Source: Camelus ferus
Taxonomy: Eukaryota
Direction: 5' to 3'
Assembly (NCBI RefSeq): GCF_009834535.1
Contig: NC_045697.1
Coordinates: 95,606,001 to 95,670,000 of the forward strand
DNA length: 64,000 nucleotides
Program-made: the position numbers and the translations under genes
Shown here: positions 14,561-29,588 of the stretch, piece by piece
How the letters are laid out: every line of letters begins with the position of its first letter
Position numbering within the stretch: the first letter of the stretch is position 1
The notes under the pieces: generated by a model
The model's input: the letters and a program-made list of their open reading frames with translations, nothing else
Database searches by the model: none
What the model was told of the DNA's origin: nothing

Positions 14561-14932
14561 CAAAGTTTTTTGTAAGAACTATTTCACATCACACAAGAGA
14601 AAGAATTATGGTAGTACTGGGATTGTAACAAGTAGGGTAAATTAGCAGACATACAAGAAAATACAATTAGAATAGCTATCAAAGTAGAATTCAGTAATGT
14701 GGATAAAATGTACATAAAAATTAGCTCCTCCTTGTTTCTTTCTCCCTAGTTATTGCTTTGCTCTTCCTATTTCCCACTTCTTTTCATCTGAATATTTTTA
14801 ATGTGTTCTGTTGAGATAAATAGGCAGACAACACCATAGGAGAAATGGATTTGTTTTGTTAGTGTACCAGGAAAATAAAAGCAGACCTTTTATGGTTCCT
14901 TTCTCTTTTTAATCTCAAGAAAAATAACCTAC

Positions 14933-16027
14933 TTTTTTTTTTAATTGAAGTATAGTCAGTTATAATGTGTCAATTTCCAGTGTACCGTACAATGTCCCAG
15001 TCATGCATATACATACATATATTCAGTTTCATATTCTTTTCCATTAAAGATTATTACAAGATATTGAATATAGTTCCTGTGCTATACAGAAGAAATTTTT
15101 TAATCTATTTTTATATATAGTGGCTAACATTTGCAAATTTCTAACTCCTAAATTTATCCCTTCCCCATCCCCTTTCTCCCAGTAACTATAAGATTGTTTA
15201 CTATGTCTGCAAGTCCATTTCTGTTTTGTAGATGAGTTCATTAGTATCTTTTTTTCTTTTTTTAGATTCTACATATAAGTGATATCCTGTGGTATTTTTC
15301 TGTCTCTTTCTGGCTTACTTCACTTAGAATGACAATCTCTAAGTCCATCCATGTTGCTGCAAATGGCATTATTTTATTCGTTTTTATGGCTGAGTAGTAT
15401 ACCATTGTATAAAAAGTTGTGGTATTTTATCCAGTCATCTGTTGGACATTTAGGTTGTTTCCATGTCTTGGCTATTGTATTTAGTGTTGCTGTGAGCGCT
15501 GGGGTGCGTGTATCTTTTCAAATTAAGAGTTCCCTCCGGATATATGCCCAGGAGTGGGATTGGTGGTTCATATGGTAACTCTATTTTTGTTTTTTTGAGG
15601 AATCTCCATACTGTTTTCCATGGTGGCTGCACCAAACTACATTCCCACCAACAGTGTAGGAGGGTTCCCTTTTCTCCACACTCTGTCCAGCATTTATCAT
15701 TTGTGAACTTCTGAATGATGGCCATTCTGACTGGTGTGAGGTGATACCTCATTGTAGCTTTGATTTGTATTTCTCTGATAATTCGTACTACTGAGCATTT
15801 TTCGATGTGCCTATTGGCCATTTGTATGTCTTCTTTGGAGCATTATTTACTTAGGTCTTTTGCTCATTTTTGGATTGCGTTGTTTGTTTTTTTGTTAAGT
15901 TGTATGAGCTGTTTATATATTCTAGAAATTAAGCCCTTGTCAGTCACATCATTTGCAAATATTTCCTCCCACTCTGTGGATTGTCTTTTTGTTTTGCTTA
16001 TGGTTTCCTTTGCTGTACAAAAGCTTA
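14933..16027 (-). mobile_element. Relatively young 5'-truncated L1 (3'UTR plus ORF2 C-terminus)
   Basis: Poly-T tail at 14933; ORF 15450-15821 reads [22 protein letters not shown]...LLHCWWEC...IPLLGIYP. Confidence 0.95.
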
Positions 16028-16419
16028 GGAGAAGTAAAAACAAAAATAAACAAATCAGACCTTTATGGATGAGTACTTCAATTTAGAATGTAATTCTGTA
16101 AGTTATTTATCCTGAAAATAGTTCTGCATGGCTGTTGCATTCTATGTATCCATTTCTGTGTCTGAGGTCCATATCAATATCCAGAGTAATGACTTTAAGG
16201 AAGGTATTTCTGAGTCTACAAACAACAAACATCACCTTCCAATAAACATAATTGTCCAGTTTTCATTGGGTTTCCACTGCCTTTCAATTCCAGGAAAACT
16301 AAATTCCATTGATTATTATCAAAAAAGTAGTTAAGATAACCATAGAAACATAAAGTTTTTTATTGGGTAGATTGGAGATAAGGTCAAATTGAACGGTAGG
16401 TTTCTTCAAGATGTTTATC

Positions 16420-17063
16420 TCTTTATTTTGATTTAATTAATCTGTAAATTACTGAGAGAGGAGTACTTAATCATTCCTAATAATGGATTCGTCTATTTCT
16501 CCCATTGGTTCTGTCTTTTTATTTTATGTGATTTGAATTTTTATCAGGTGCATGCACTTAGGATTGCCATCTTTTTAATAAATTGCTCCTTTTATTATTA
16601 TATATGTCCCCCTTTCTAAGTATTAATACAGTTGGTCCATATTATGTGTGTATGTTGTATTTATAAAATACTCCCTACAATTTATTTTAACCTCAAGATC
16701 AATACTTAGGGGCTTTCTCAGTCATTGGCAGACATGAGCTGCAAAAGAATTGAGTTGCCTGATACTCACATTCCCAGCTATCATTGAACAAGGTGACATC
16801 TGCCTTCTTGTTTCATCTTTCACACAGAGATAACCAGGGGATGGAGATGATAGAGGACAAGGCAGTGTAATTCAAGAAGCTCTAGCACTGGGACCAGTTG
16901 GATAGGATTTGAGTCCCAACCCTGACACCATTTAGTGGACAGCCTCAGGCAAGGTTCTTAAGGATTCTGAACCTTCTTTTCTGTGAAGAAAATAAAAACT
17001 AAAAATCAAATGTTGATTTTTTAGAATTTAAGATTGTAATCTATGTGAGATGTTTGTGTGCAG

Positions 17064-17106
<43 letters not shown>

Positions 17107-19400
17107 TTCCTTAGGAGCAATGGTTCATTATTCATTAATTCAGTATTGGTGGTAGCTTTGTAGAACACAGTTACTGCAAATAACGAGATTGCCTATATGT
17201 ACTTTTTTAGTGTCCACTGATAATACTTTAGCCTCTTTTGACAAATGTTTACATGGTATACATTTTTCCAACCTTTTTCTTTAAACATATCTGTAACATA
17301 TACCTGGTTAACAGTTTGGTTTTCTCTCTTTTCTCTGCTTTCTTCCTTTATTTTCTTCCTTTTCCTTTTCTTCTCATTTCTACCGCTCTTCCTTCTTCTA
17401 TTCAGTCTGACAATCTGTGCCATTTAACTGTGTTTAAAATTTTTATACTTAATGCAGTTATTGGTGTGGTTGGCTTTGAATCTACCATTTTGCTATTTGG
17501 TTTCTGTTTGTTCCACATTTTGTCCCTTTTACCCCTATCTTCACACCTTCTTTAGATTTTTATTTAAGACCATGTTTTTAGCAAGAATTACTCCACATGT
17601 GGATGTATTTTTGATGTGTTCATGGGCATAAGAAAGTTCAATGTCTTTCTACTCTGCCATCTTGATCTCCCACTGCAACATTTATCTTTAACGTAACAGT
17701 ATACCTTCCTTATGCAAGTATTCTTTCCTTCCCTTTTGTCCCTTGTACTGTTGTTTAGTAATTTTATCTCAGAATATGTTTTAAATGATATAATACGTTG
17801 TCATACATAAAAATTGATTCTTCAAAGCAAAAATAATTTTTTGATGAAATATTTAGAAGGAAAAATTATATTTCTTCACATGTTTATTAATTCTGTTACT
17901 CTTCATTGCGGTGTTAGGTGCTGATTCCACATAGTACCATGGTGATAGCAAAATGGTGATAAATATTTTAGATGTTTTATTTTTGATTTTGTTTGAAATG
18001 ATATTTATTTTGATTTATTTTGTGCAAAATATTTTTGCTGGCTGTATAATTTTAAATTGGAGAATTGCCCCTTTCTCCTTCCCCAACACCATAGAGATTT
18101 TTTTTTCAGTGGAGTAGGGAGCTGGTGTCTTACATTCATACAAGAGGACTTTGGTCATATTAGTCTTTGTTTCCTGGTATTTAATCTTTTTTTCTAACTT
18201 TTAAGATTTTTTTCTTTTCTGTGGTTTTACTGTAATTTGATTAGTATTATAACTTGATTTGATTTTCTTTTTACATTACTTAAGATTTGCTGACCATCTT
18301 AGGAAGTTTGGGTTTTCATCAAATTTAGAAACATGTAGTCCATCATTAAAAATGTATATTTAAATATATATTTTATATATAATATATAATTTATTTATAT
18401 GAATATATTTATATATGCTACATATCATATATATATTATTTTATATATATAAAATTTCCCTATTTCTGGCCTTCAAAGTCTCCAATTTCACTTATGTTAG
18501 ACAGTTGCTATTGACCTTATGTCACTGAGGCTTTATTAACATTTAGGACATTTTTCCCCATGGTGTTTTCATTTTGAATACTTTCTTTTGCTGTGTCTTC
18601 AAGTTCACTGATCTGATGTTAATCTCGTTGAACAAATATTTTATCTCTGACTATAAATTTTGACTGTAAAAATCTGTTTGGTTCTCTTGAATGTCTTTCA
18701 TTCTTCTCCACGTTATGCTCATCATTTCCCTTATACTGTTGAGTATATTTATTATAACTATTTTTGAAACTTACCTACCATCTTCCTGTTTCTTTGCATG
18801 TTTAATAATATATAATTAGATCTTGACATGATGAATACTGTGTTTTTGTGTGCCTAGGTTTTTTCTTTTAAGAGGGCCAGAGTTTACGTTTGCAGGCAGT
18901 TGAATATTTTGGGATTAAGCTTTATCCATTGCAGACTTGTTTTTAAGTTCTTTAGTGTCTATCCAGAGCAGACTTTTCTCTAGGGGTAAGTTAGTCCAAT
19001 TACTATGCCATAAATCTTCTGCAGTTTCTATTGAATCCTTCTGTCACTCAGTGAAATCCCTCTGGTTTGTATGGTCAAAACATGAAGGCCTTCTAGCCCT
19101 GTGTAAACGCTGGAAATTAGTTAGCTTATTACTTGCTGACAGTCCTTTTCCTCAGTCTGTTAGTTTTACCCTACGCATGCATGGATTAACGTCCTGCACC
19201 TTTGCTCTGGAGCTCTTCTTCATGTAGTTCCCTCCACTGTGGTACTCTGCCCTGGAAATGGCAGCTTTCCTCTTTGAAAATTGTACCCTTTCTCTTCTCA
19301 ACTCAGAGATCCCTGTACATTCTCTCTAGATTCCTCCTCCTGCACTAGAATCTGGAAACTTCCTTGAGTCAGGAAGAAAGGGCTCTTGTAGGGCTCACGT
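16420..19400 (-). mobile_element. Ancient degraded L1 (ORF2 5' part and ORF1 region)
   Basis: T-rich; ggattcgtctatttctccc...tttttataaattgctccttttattatta; weak L1 endonuclease-like peptide GWKNVYHVN. Confidence 0.6.
16627..17195. mobile_element. MER82-like TcMar-Tigger element with internal (TA)n at ~17066-17100
   Basis: cattcccagct..gaacaaggtgacatctgccttcttgtttca and terminal taggagcaatggttcattattcattaattcagtatt...tagaacacagttactgcaaataacgag. Confidence 0.7.
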
Positions 19401-21519
19401 CATTCAATTATCAGATCAATTGTTTTTATTTTCTGTTTTGAGAGAAGATTCTCTAGAACTTGGAAACAAAGAAAATATGAGTCTAAGGTTATTTCATTTA
19501 TTACAGACTGTATTTCCTGATTTTAAAATAATTCACTGTTAGAAATAATGAAGACACTTGTAGTACATAGCCAAAAAAAGATAAAAAAAGGAAAAAATAT
19601 TATGGAGATAAGTTAGGCAGGTAACACAAATATCATTTTCTGGATTTTTATGTTGTATATAGAATTATCAAACTTTTGAAATTTAAAATTTGTGAGTTAT
19701 TTTGTCATTAAATATTTTGTTTCTAATTTTGTATCTATAACGTTGTATTATTTTATTTAAAATAACACTGTTAAATTATATAAGGTTCAGTTCCTTGGAC
19801 TTATATCAGAGTGGGACATACACTGTTACCTGAGGGAGAAGTTCCAGGGAGTAACCTTGCTGGCAATGAAGGGCAGGAAAAGAGGGCAGCAGATATACTG
19901 GATATGTGTCCCCATTGGCTACAATGTTAAATTTCAAGTAAATGTGCCTATAAAAATCTAATTGAAGTTTTTATCCTTTCTTAGTGTAACAAATTTTAGT
20001 CATACTTACTTTCTAGATATTATATTATTTTTCATAATGATTATTATTTATATTTATGTGTATAAATATAGTATATTACTTTGGTACAGCACATTTTTGT
20101 GTGCATATTTTGAAAAGTTTTTATAGTTCATATTTGCAGATAAACACAAGTTCTCAACTTCCTACTTTTATTTTTTTAACTTGTGGCTATACTAATGTAT
20201 CTGTCTTTGTCTCATTTGGTTATCTAATTCTCTTTAAACAAATATACGAGTAAAATATATTGTTCTTTTTTCTCTACCATGAGGAATACAGTAAACCAGG
20301 TGAGATGATGGATTTAAGAAGGACAGTTGTGGTCACTGTTGCAGGATTAGTGGGGCAAGGGGGGCTGTTGTGAGCTGAGCAGTGAAGCTCCAAATCGGAT
20401 GGGGCCTCAGCCAACTGTCACCATAAGAGAGTAAGGATCTGTTTTCGAGCATTTTCTTTTCTCAGTAGAAACCACAAGGCTACATTTTTATGTGATGTGT
20501 CCTAATCTTTAACTGTTCATTTATTAACCATTATCTGCTATGTAGTCTTTCTGTCCACTGAATTTATTCTGAGGCCACCAGGCTGTGACTCGGCTCTTCA
20601 CGCGTTTGTGTTTGTATGTATTATCTTGACACAGTTCTCTTAAGTTGATACTGCTTAATTTGAAGAGAAATACAATTGAGGAGAAAGGCTACACTGCTAG
20701 ATGAATAATCTCTGTGCAACATAGTTTCAGAAATTTGCAAACTTATTTCCTCATTTATTATTCAATTAATGCTAGTATCATGGCTATTCAATAGCTGCTA
20801 AGATTTAAGTAGCATCAAATAATTGTCAAAGTCTAATGAACTCAGTTACTATGTTGACAGATCAAAATGATCAATCGTGTCTCATATTGGAACAAAACTT
20901 CCTTTTAACTGTTTTCTAATCTCAGCATGTTGTTATTACCAACCAGCAGCCAAGATATCCCATCAAGATATAAAATGAAAGTTCTGTTAATTAGGCAGCA
21001 AAAGTGTTGCTATACGTCACTGACCTTTTCAAAATTCTTTTTTTTTTGTCAGTGTTTCATAAAGCATTTCTGTAAAGACATAAAAAATAAACAACAAAAG
21101 GTCATTGTTTTAGGCGATTTTTCATAAATGATTAAGGGAAAGAAACAAGTATCTTAGTTCTGCATTTTTGCAATATCTTACAAATGGTATTTGTCAGTTA
21201 AACTTTTTTGGAAATTTTGTATTGGGTGTAAAGCTAATTAAATATACAGAATAACAGTGGCGCAGTTCTAAAGCCCTTTGAATCAGCCTCTAGGATAACA
21301 TAAGCCTTTCATAGGTTTGCATGTTAAAACCTGCCTTTTCTTTTTGATGTGAGGACTAGATTTTTTCAGAATAGATTTTTGCTTTTTCTTACTGGTTTAA
21401 CAAAATGGAGGTGAATCTTTATGGAAGACCTTTATTAAAAAGCAAAATGTTTTGTCAGTTTTGCAGGTTAACTATCAAACACGTATTTTTTTCATATACA
21501 TGGAAACACATTCCTATAT

Positions 21520-22660
21520 AAAACCCTTGATTCAATAAATTTTTATTGAATGTCAACTAGTAGTCAGACATTGTTCTTGGCACTGGAAATACTGTGTGAG
21601 CTGGGAAAAAGATAAAATTATGCCATAATGAGAATCCATTTCAGTGCTGGAGACAAAAAGTTATATGTATGTGTCATCAAAATATGTAAAAGCCCAAAGT
21701 TGCTGAGAAAAGAAATTTCAGACAGAGCAAACAGCAATCATAAATGTTCTGAGATGAAGGAGATCATATCTGGAGTGTTTAGGAGACAAGGAGACTGACA
21801 GAGTGACGAATCCTAGGAGCCAAATTATAGAGGACCTTGTAATTCATAGAAAGAACTTTGACTTCTGTTTTGCTACTCTAATCTGACTTACATCTTTACA
21901 AAACCACTTGAATTGCTCTGTTGAAAATACATGAAAGGCAGTCAGGAGTAGGAACGGTGCTCTAATTTGGAGGGTATTACATAACACCGAAGTGTGATGA
22001 AAACATGACAGATGGCTAAATTCTGGGTACCTGTATAAGGATAGCCTGCAGAAGTTACATGAAGACCTGAGCAACGTGAAATAGGTTTGTGTGTTAGATG
22101 TCTGGGTAAGGAGTATTCCAAGCAGAGGGGATTTCAGTGGTCAAGGCCTTGAGGTGGGGAGGTGCCTGGAGTACAGAAACAGTGGGAAAGCCGTCGTGGC
22201 CGGAGCAGAGTGACGGCTGAGCGTTGGGAGCTTAGAAGGAGATGACGTCAGAGAAGTAACAGGCGCCAAGGAAAGCAGGCAAGTGTATGGTACAGGAGAG
22301 AAAGAGGCAGCAAGGATCAAAGCAAGGTCTGAGGCCTAAGTAGCAGGAAGAATTGAGTTGGTACAAACTGAAGTGGATAAAGCTAGAGGTGGTGTTGGTT
22401 TGGAGGAGAATGTCAGCTTAGTAGAGTGCAGGCTAAACTTTGAAACTTGGAAGTTTCAAGTACGCAAAGATTTCATTAGGAAGAACTCATCAGGCAATCT
22501 AAAGAGGTGCGTCATCAGTACCTAGATGAGATCACAGAGGGAGTAAGATAGAGAAAGAGAGGTGGTCCCCAGGCTGAAGTTTGGGCTTTCCAGTATTTCG
22601 AGAATGAGGAGATGGTTGTGGGCACAAGGGCAGACTGGTGAGTGGGCTGGTAAGGAATTA
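21520..22660 (-). mobile_element. L2 fragments
   Basis: attcaataaatttttattgaatg...cagacattgttcttggcactgga; ccaagcagagggg...aaggccttgaggtggg typical of L2. Confidence 0.65.
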
Positions 22661-25600
22661 CCAGAGACCGAGAAGAGTTTAGGAAAGTTTAATAGTTACG
22701 CTGCTGTAAGGAACAGCAGGCCACACAGGTGAGAGCTGCCTGCGTGAGCACGGAGGGTGGGCATGTAGGGTGGGGAGGGGGCTGTGCACACGAGGAGTAG
22801 GGGCTGCATGATCAGTTCGTGCACAGGTACCTTATTGGTTGTAAGATCTGCCAGGAATTTCTCGGAACTATAGGTTTTATTTTATGACTTTGATAAGGGC
22901 AGGATGTGAGGCCAGTCCACCTAGGGTGTTGTGAGACAGGCTCTCTCCTGGGGTGGTGAGTTCTGTTAGGGTCAACACACATCAAGGGAAGATGTTTTAT
23001 ATGTTGCAGAAATGAAGGTAGACCCAGGGTCCTGCACTGGGGTGGGGGGTGTTAAGGTGTCAGTATGCTCCAGGCATGCACACAGCCCAGGGGTGGGGGT
23101 TTTATGACTCTAGATAAAGTGCCAGCCGGCTCCATGGAGATGAAGAGGACAGAACCAGGAAAAGAAACTGATGAAGTCCTAGTCCATTAAGTGAAGCCGG
23201 TGATAGCAGACTAGTCCCTATTCCTAATGTTTTGATTGATTTTTAAGTGATATTCTAGACATATTATGTGTGTTGATGTGCAGATTTCTGTATGATTTCA
23301 TAAAATGTTTTAGAACATATAAAAATATTTAAGTAAGAGTAAATTTGTTCTTGTATTTTCCTAAAGTTTAGATGAGAAAGTAATTTTTTTTTAAAGGTTA
23401 CATGTTGGTTTGGTAAGTAGGGGGAAATGGGAAATGGTACAGGATTGCCAAGTGGAGACCTTTTTTTTTTTTCTTCTTCTTGAATTTGAAAAAAAGAAAT
23501 AGACTATCCATTTAAAAAATAAAAAAATTTAGAGCCATGATTATATTCTTAATATTAACAATAGCTGATCTTTCAAGATTCATTTTACCAGTGGTAGTAT
23601 ACTAAAAATGAAGCCCAGTTCTATCCAAAACACAAAAGGCAGTCTGCATAGAGTAGTGCAAGTTGATTTCAAGTTTAAATGATTTCTCACAATTTCTCCA
23701 TATTCAACATTTAAAGATTTGTGCATTTAAAGATGGTTTAGCAAACTGTTTTCATTCTCTATAAAGAAAGGTCCAGTTTTCTTTTCCAGGCATGTATTTT
23801 CTATTGGTTCTGACTTCTTTAAAGGGTAGTTGAAACACATTTTAAATGCTTGGCCTTTTCTACGTGAGGTGTTTTTAAAGGTAGCAGGCATACCCTTTCT
23901 AGTTTGCATGCTTTCCACATTTATAAGCTTACTGCTAACTATTTTGTTGTTTAAATGAAAGACTGTACTGACAATTAAATGGAGGCTCTTGCATGCTCCA
24001 CTGCCCTATCTTATTATCATCAACGTGAGAGGAAGCAGGAGGCTGAGATTACTGAGTTTAGCCTGCATCTGCATGGCCTTATTATGCCTACCAAGGTGAA
24101 AATGTCGACTCTGAAGAATGTAATTATATAACTTAAACTGCAGTGGTGGCAAGGTTAAATCCTTGCTTTACTGATCTTAAAAGCAACTATAACTTCGAGG
24201 TCTGGAAATGCCTTTTGTTTATAAATTTGACCTCTGTTAAGTTTCTCTTAGATAAGATTTTCAGAACAGATGTTAATTCAATATAGATTTTTGGATTTTT
24301 TTTCCCTGTGTCAGTCTTCAATACATACTATTTCCAACAAAAAGAAGGCATATTTTAACATTTGACTATTGCCATTTCAAGAGACCAAATAGAAAATGTA
24401 CTTGAAGATGCTTCGAGATAAAGCAACCCAAGTTATTTTTCAATTATTTCGAGTTTTAAATGTAAGTTAGAACTCAACTTAATAAATATATTCTAAACAA
24501 ACAATTGCTAAAAACAAAATAAGTATCTTTAGAATGCAGTTTTCCCAACAATTCCTTTCACTTGAGATCTTTCCTAATAATTTGAAAACTAAAAATTTAA
24601 TGATTAAACTATTTTATAACGGTAGGGTTAGAAATAATAATTGGCAGGTAAAAGAAACTAAAGATATTATTTGAAATAATTTTTATCCCTGTTAATATGT
24701 AATGGAAAAACATTGTGACTTTTAAATATGTACCTTAACCTATAATTCATTAAATATAACATTTAGTATGTGTTCTTTGCTGGGCACTCTGAAAACTGTG
24801 AAGTCATTTGCTCCATTTAGATGTTATTACTGAAATGATGGGAGTAAAATTTAAATATATTGCAAAGCCATGCAGATAAAGCATATGAATAATGTAAAGC
24901 ATTGTAAAAAATTCAGTGAAAGAAAAGGAAACGTCTAGCCAGAAGGATCCACGAATGGTTATTAGATTATGTTAAGTGTCAGTTAGAACTGGTCTTGCTG
25001 GGTATGTCATTCAGGGTGTAGGGACTGGGAAGAATAAAAGTGTAGAGGTGGGGAAATATGTTAGTTATCTGTTATATCTCTAGTCTGACCATAGGGCAGC
25101 TTATGCACACACACACAGAAAAAGTTTGCCCAAAATCCACTTTGAAAAACAAAATCTTATAGATAGTATGCCCTCAGGATATGTAAGTTACAGTGAGCAG
25201 TGGATTTACGTCAGTAGCTAAAATACGGTCTAACAGATACATGCATTGTAACGACAAAAAAGGTGACTGATTCATGGTTTTTTATTTACCTTGCAATAGA
25301 ACAAACACATTTTAAAAGCTGTTTTATTTCAATGAAAAATAAATTCAAAGATAAAAATCAACTTTTGTAATTTAAAAAATTACAATATGCATATTAAAAG
25401 GTAACAAACTTTAACTATATTAATACACATTTTACATATTTTTATAGAATATCCATATTTGATTAGAAATAGTCCCTGACTTGTGAAGCACTGGAATGCA
25501 GAGATAAAAACAGTGAAAATAAAAGTGTTCATTTTGAAAATAGAAATTTAAAGTGAAACCATTTCTGAGCCTTTAGTATGGGTCAAGTGTTGTTAAAAGA

Positions 25601-26479
25601 GAAACTGAGCAATTTTCTAAATACACGTCTACCTATACTTAGAACTATGCCTATGCGTATATTTATTTCATCCATGTGTCATTATATTATGGGATATGAT
25701 GTATGAAGGAGTCTCCACTATTTAGGGAAACCCAGAGCAATCTTTCCAGCTGGTGAATGGAGGAAGCGATTTAGAGGGAAAAGAATGAAGGCAAATGCTC
25801 TCTGGGTCCTTCATAACATGGCACATGTGTGCCCACAAACTTAGATGTGACTCTGTGTGTTGGTGGGAGGATCAGGAAAAAGGCAAAAACTCCAAGCCTG
25901 TTAGTTACAGGGAACCTGCAAACAGAAAGAGCTTCTGTTCTGTTTCCTACTAAGTGTGCTGAGCCTGTTTGCTCTCAGATATGTTCCCTTCCCTTCATGT
26001 AATTCTTCTCCATCCCCCACGAATCCCACCTGCACCACCATCAGTAGGATACAAAGCTTTAGAAAATAAAGGAAGTTACATACCTTTTCAGGAATGTTAC
26101 TTCTATTCATCATATGGTTCTTAATATTTAGAAAAACATTGTCCAGATACTCATTTTTAAAGGCAGCAGTCACTGTCTATATTTAATCTTCTCTTATAGT
26201 AAATTTCCAAGTTTTATTTGGTCTTAGGTGGTAAATAGTCTTGTGGACACGTTGTAGCTAGGAATATTTCTTCCCCAGAAGAACCTAACGCATAACGGAG
26301 AGTCTTATCCCCTTCATGTGAACCGTGCCCCTTGACCATGCAGACTGATAATGAGCTGGCTAGAACTCTCTCTGCTGTAAATCTGAAATTTGTAATTTAG
26401 CAACACAGAGATGGCATTTGATGGAACTGAAATATATTAATGGCAGCTAGAAGAAAAGGACATTTATTTATTTAAAAAA

Positions 26480-27200
26480 CATTTATTACTATATCATGTA
26501 CCATCCAATAAGAAGTAGGGTGATATCATTTTGGGAAAGAATATATGTCCGTACTTGTGTGGTTTACAGCATAATAGTTATAAAATACAAATAAGAAAAC
26601 AAATAAAATAACAGCTTCAGGTTGTGGTAAACACACTGAAAGCAATGATTAAAGAACAATGATAGATAAGGAGAAACCAAAATGGTCTAAATTTTTCTAT
26701 GGTGATTAGGAAGGACTCACTGTGGTGACTGACATATAAGCTGAATCTGAAGTTTGAGAAAGAGCCTCCGTGTAAAGTCCAGTCTAGAGAGAAAGAAGAA
26801 GAGATTTGGGTGTGTTAGAGAAAACAGACTGAAGGAATCCCGTGTGTTTGATTTGAAGGGGTGAGAAAGAAGGTGGAATGAAATGAGGTTGGAAATTTAA
26901 TCGGGAGCTAGATCCTACCATATTGTATTGGCCACCATAAGGAAGACTACTTGACAATTTTGAAATAATTGGTGATTTTGACAAATAGATTCAATGAAGT
27001 GGTGGTGGCACAGACCAGATTACGTTCAGTTGTGCAGCAATTGGAGGTTAGAAAGTGGAGACAACTTGTGCTGACAAAGACTCTTTTTAGTTTAACTATG
27101 ATTAGCTAAAGAAATGGCCCCGTAAGTAGAAAGTGACATGAGGTAAACAGAATATACTTTACTATGTGAGACACTAGAGACTATTCATAATTTATGGCTG
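26480..27200 (-). mobile_element. L2 fragment
   Basis: gtgattaggaaggactcactg..gtgac...aagctgaatctgaag; gtggtggcacagaccagatt. Confidence 0.55.
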
Positions 27201-27683
27201 CTAAAATCCCCACAGTTCCTCTAAACTCCTTCCATTTCTACATCTTGGTTCCCTGATTTCATGAGATAGTGTAAGTAGAAGACACATTTTTTGTTCTGCC
27301 AAGCATCTCTTTAGACACCAACCATAGGCTAGAATAGCATGATTCAACTGTACCTGAAATACCCCAAGCATATAATCAGTGAGTCTGTGTCACTCTGGTA
27401 GCCTTACCCCTTTTAGCATTTCCAAGAGTAAACATGTAAGCAGAACGGTTAAATCATAGGTAGGCAAAAGACCAAGCTACATCCATTGAGACCCCTTTCA
27501 AGCTTTATAAAAGCATGACAGCAAGGAAAGAATCAAAGTAAGTCAGAGTGACTTTTTTTTTTTTTTGAACTCTGCCTTTGATTGAGGTTCTTCCAAAAGC
27601 CTTTAATCTTTGCATCTTGAACAGGTTGGGTCACGTTTTGTTCATTCATCAAAAAGTATGATTTTTTTTACTTTGGTCAGAGG

Positions 27684-28123
27684 GAAGTTCTCCTTGACTT
27701 CTTTATTAGTTTCCATGGGCTTCTGGGACAAATAATTTATGATCTCACAGTTCTGGTGGCTGGAGGCTAGAAATCCACTCTCAAGGTGTCGGCAGTGCCA
27801 TGCTCCCTCTGAGGTTGCAAGGCAAGGGTCCTTCCTCGCCCCTTCCAGCTTCTGGCAGCCCCAGACATACCTTGGTTTGTGGCAGCATAAACTTAAGTCT
27901 TCACATGACATTCTTCCCTCTGTATGTCTGTTTCTGTGTCCAAATTTCCCATTTTTCTAAGGACCCAGTAATATTGGATTAGGACACACCCTAATGACCA
28001 CACTTTAAATTGACTGCCTCTAAAAAGATTCCTATTTCCAAAGAGGGTTATATTCTGAGGTACTAGAGGTTAGAACTTCAACATATCTTTTTCGGGGGTG
28101 GGGTATATAATTTAACCCATAAC
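27684..28123 (-). mobile_element. MaLR MLT1 LTR
   Basis: ctcacagttctgg..ggaggctagaaatcc..tcaaggtgtcggcag...atattctgaggtact...aacatatctttt...aacccataaca. Confidence 0.85.
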
Positions 28124-29227
28124 ATTCTCTGATTCTCATGTACAAGGATGTCTCTAGTATAATTGTTCCTAGTCTTGTACCTGTTCTTTAGTCATTTTTC
28201 CCCAAAATGGAGGAAGGAGACACCTACTTAGCGGCCACAGACTTGGGTCCATGTTCTCCTGGGCCCATGGATCTGCTCTGTTTAAAGACCATACATCTTG
28301 TGACTTTTCTTTTTTTTTAATTTCTTCTTACTCTTGGGCTAGTAGAGACTGCAGATCCCAACTTCCCAGAGGATGGGATCTTCCAGGTTGGCTCAGGGAG
28401 GGAGGAACAGGCAGAATGTATTAACAGGCCCATCAGCCCCTCCTGAGCCATTGTGTTTAAAGAATCTTATGCTAATAATGGTTGTGTTTGGCTCCCCTCT
28501 CTCTGACATATGACTGTCTATCAATTAGTAACACATTCCTACAGAGAAAAATGTCGATATTGATCAGGCCCTTAAGTTTAATTTATGCTGACATTTCCTT
28601 TGAAAATGCCGTTTGAGGTCTGAATGTTTGTCTTTCACTTTAGCAACTTTTTTTTTTAATCCATTGATTCATGAAAAATTAGTCTGCATGCTACATGTGA
28701 TCTAGATACAGTACACTTTGACTATTATCGTAAGTATAAATCCTGAGACTGTAAGACAAAAGACATTAAATTTCAATGATAGCAATTGCATACTACTATA
28801 GCATGATTAATAGAAATATGCTTTAATGCATGTATCAGTATTTCAAATTGACTTGTTTTGTGACTTTGTTTTCCATTTACATATGCCACTAGTAAAAACA
28901 CAAAAAGTGTTTTTTTACATGTAAAAATTACATTGTGTTTTATAAGGAAAAGTTTTACTGACATTCATTTCTTTAAAACTAATATATCTCATAGAACATA
29001 TATTTGGTAAAATATGAGCTGAAAAAATTCCTTCATGTATCATTGAAAAAGTGCAATGGCCACCTCTGTGGCAATTGTAAGAAAATGAATAAATATATCC
29101 AATAAAGATTTTTAATACCTCATATATATCTATAATTGAGAATCCTTCATAGTACTTAAGGTAGACAAATACATAAGCTCCGTAAATTGAGAGTTTGTTG
29201 AAACAATTTATAAATCCTTTAGTGTTG

Positions 29228-29410
29228 AACTGTCCAGTAACATAGCCCAGAGCCTTATGCGGTTATTTAAATTTTAATTAAAATTAAATAAGAATTTAGT
29301 TCCTCAGTCACTTTCGTCATGTATGAAGCCACACATGGTTAGTGTCTACCAAATGCACAGAGTAGACTGTAGGACAGTTCATCATCACAGAAATCTCCGT
29401 TGGGTAGTAA
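29228..29410. mobile_element. hAT-Charlie MITE (MER3-like)
   Basis: actgtccagtaa...ttaaaattaaataagaatttagttcctcagtcac...catcacagaaatctccgttgg. Confidence 0.6.
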
Positions 29411-29588
29411 GAGTCTCCCCAATAAGAGTCTAAAGATTGATGGAGTTAATTGAATATTGATTTTTTAAATGATTTCTAACAAATAAGTTATCTGTAAATG
29501 TCAGTTTAAGTATAAGGGTCCTTTCCTTATACTACCTTAGAGCACCGCCCCTAATGCCAACTCCTTCTGTGACTTTAGTGAGCGTCGT

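Larger units (their letters stand above)
20926..28729 (+). pseudogene. Dynein neck/linker pseudo-exons (~20926-21025, ~21370-21466, ~23592-23770, ~23962-24120, ~24252-24430, ~26040-26198, 28545-28729)
   Basis: MLLLPTSSQD; ESLWKTF; LNDFSQFLHIQHLK; EITEFSLHLH; SSIHTI and RDQIENVL; MVLNI...FKG (cf. DNHD1-type PMVLSL...FQG); HFL*KCRLRSECLSF/SN (cf. LExxRxxFPRxxFLSN) ending at a GTAAGT donor. Confidence 0.65.
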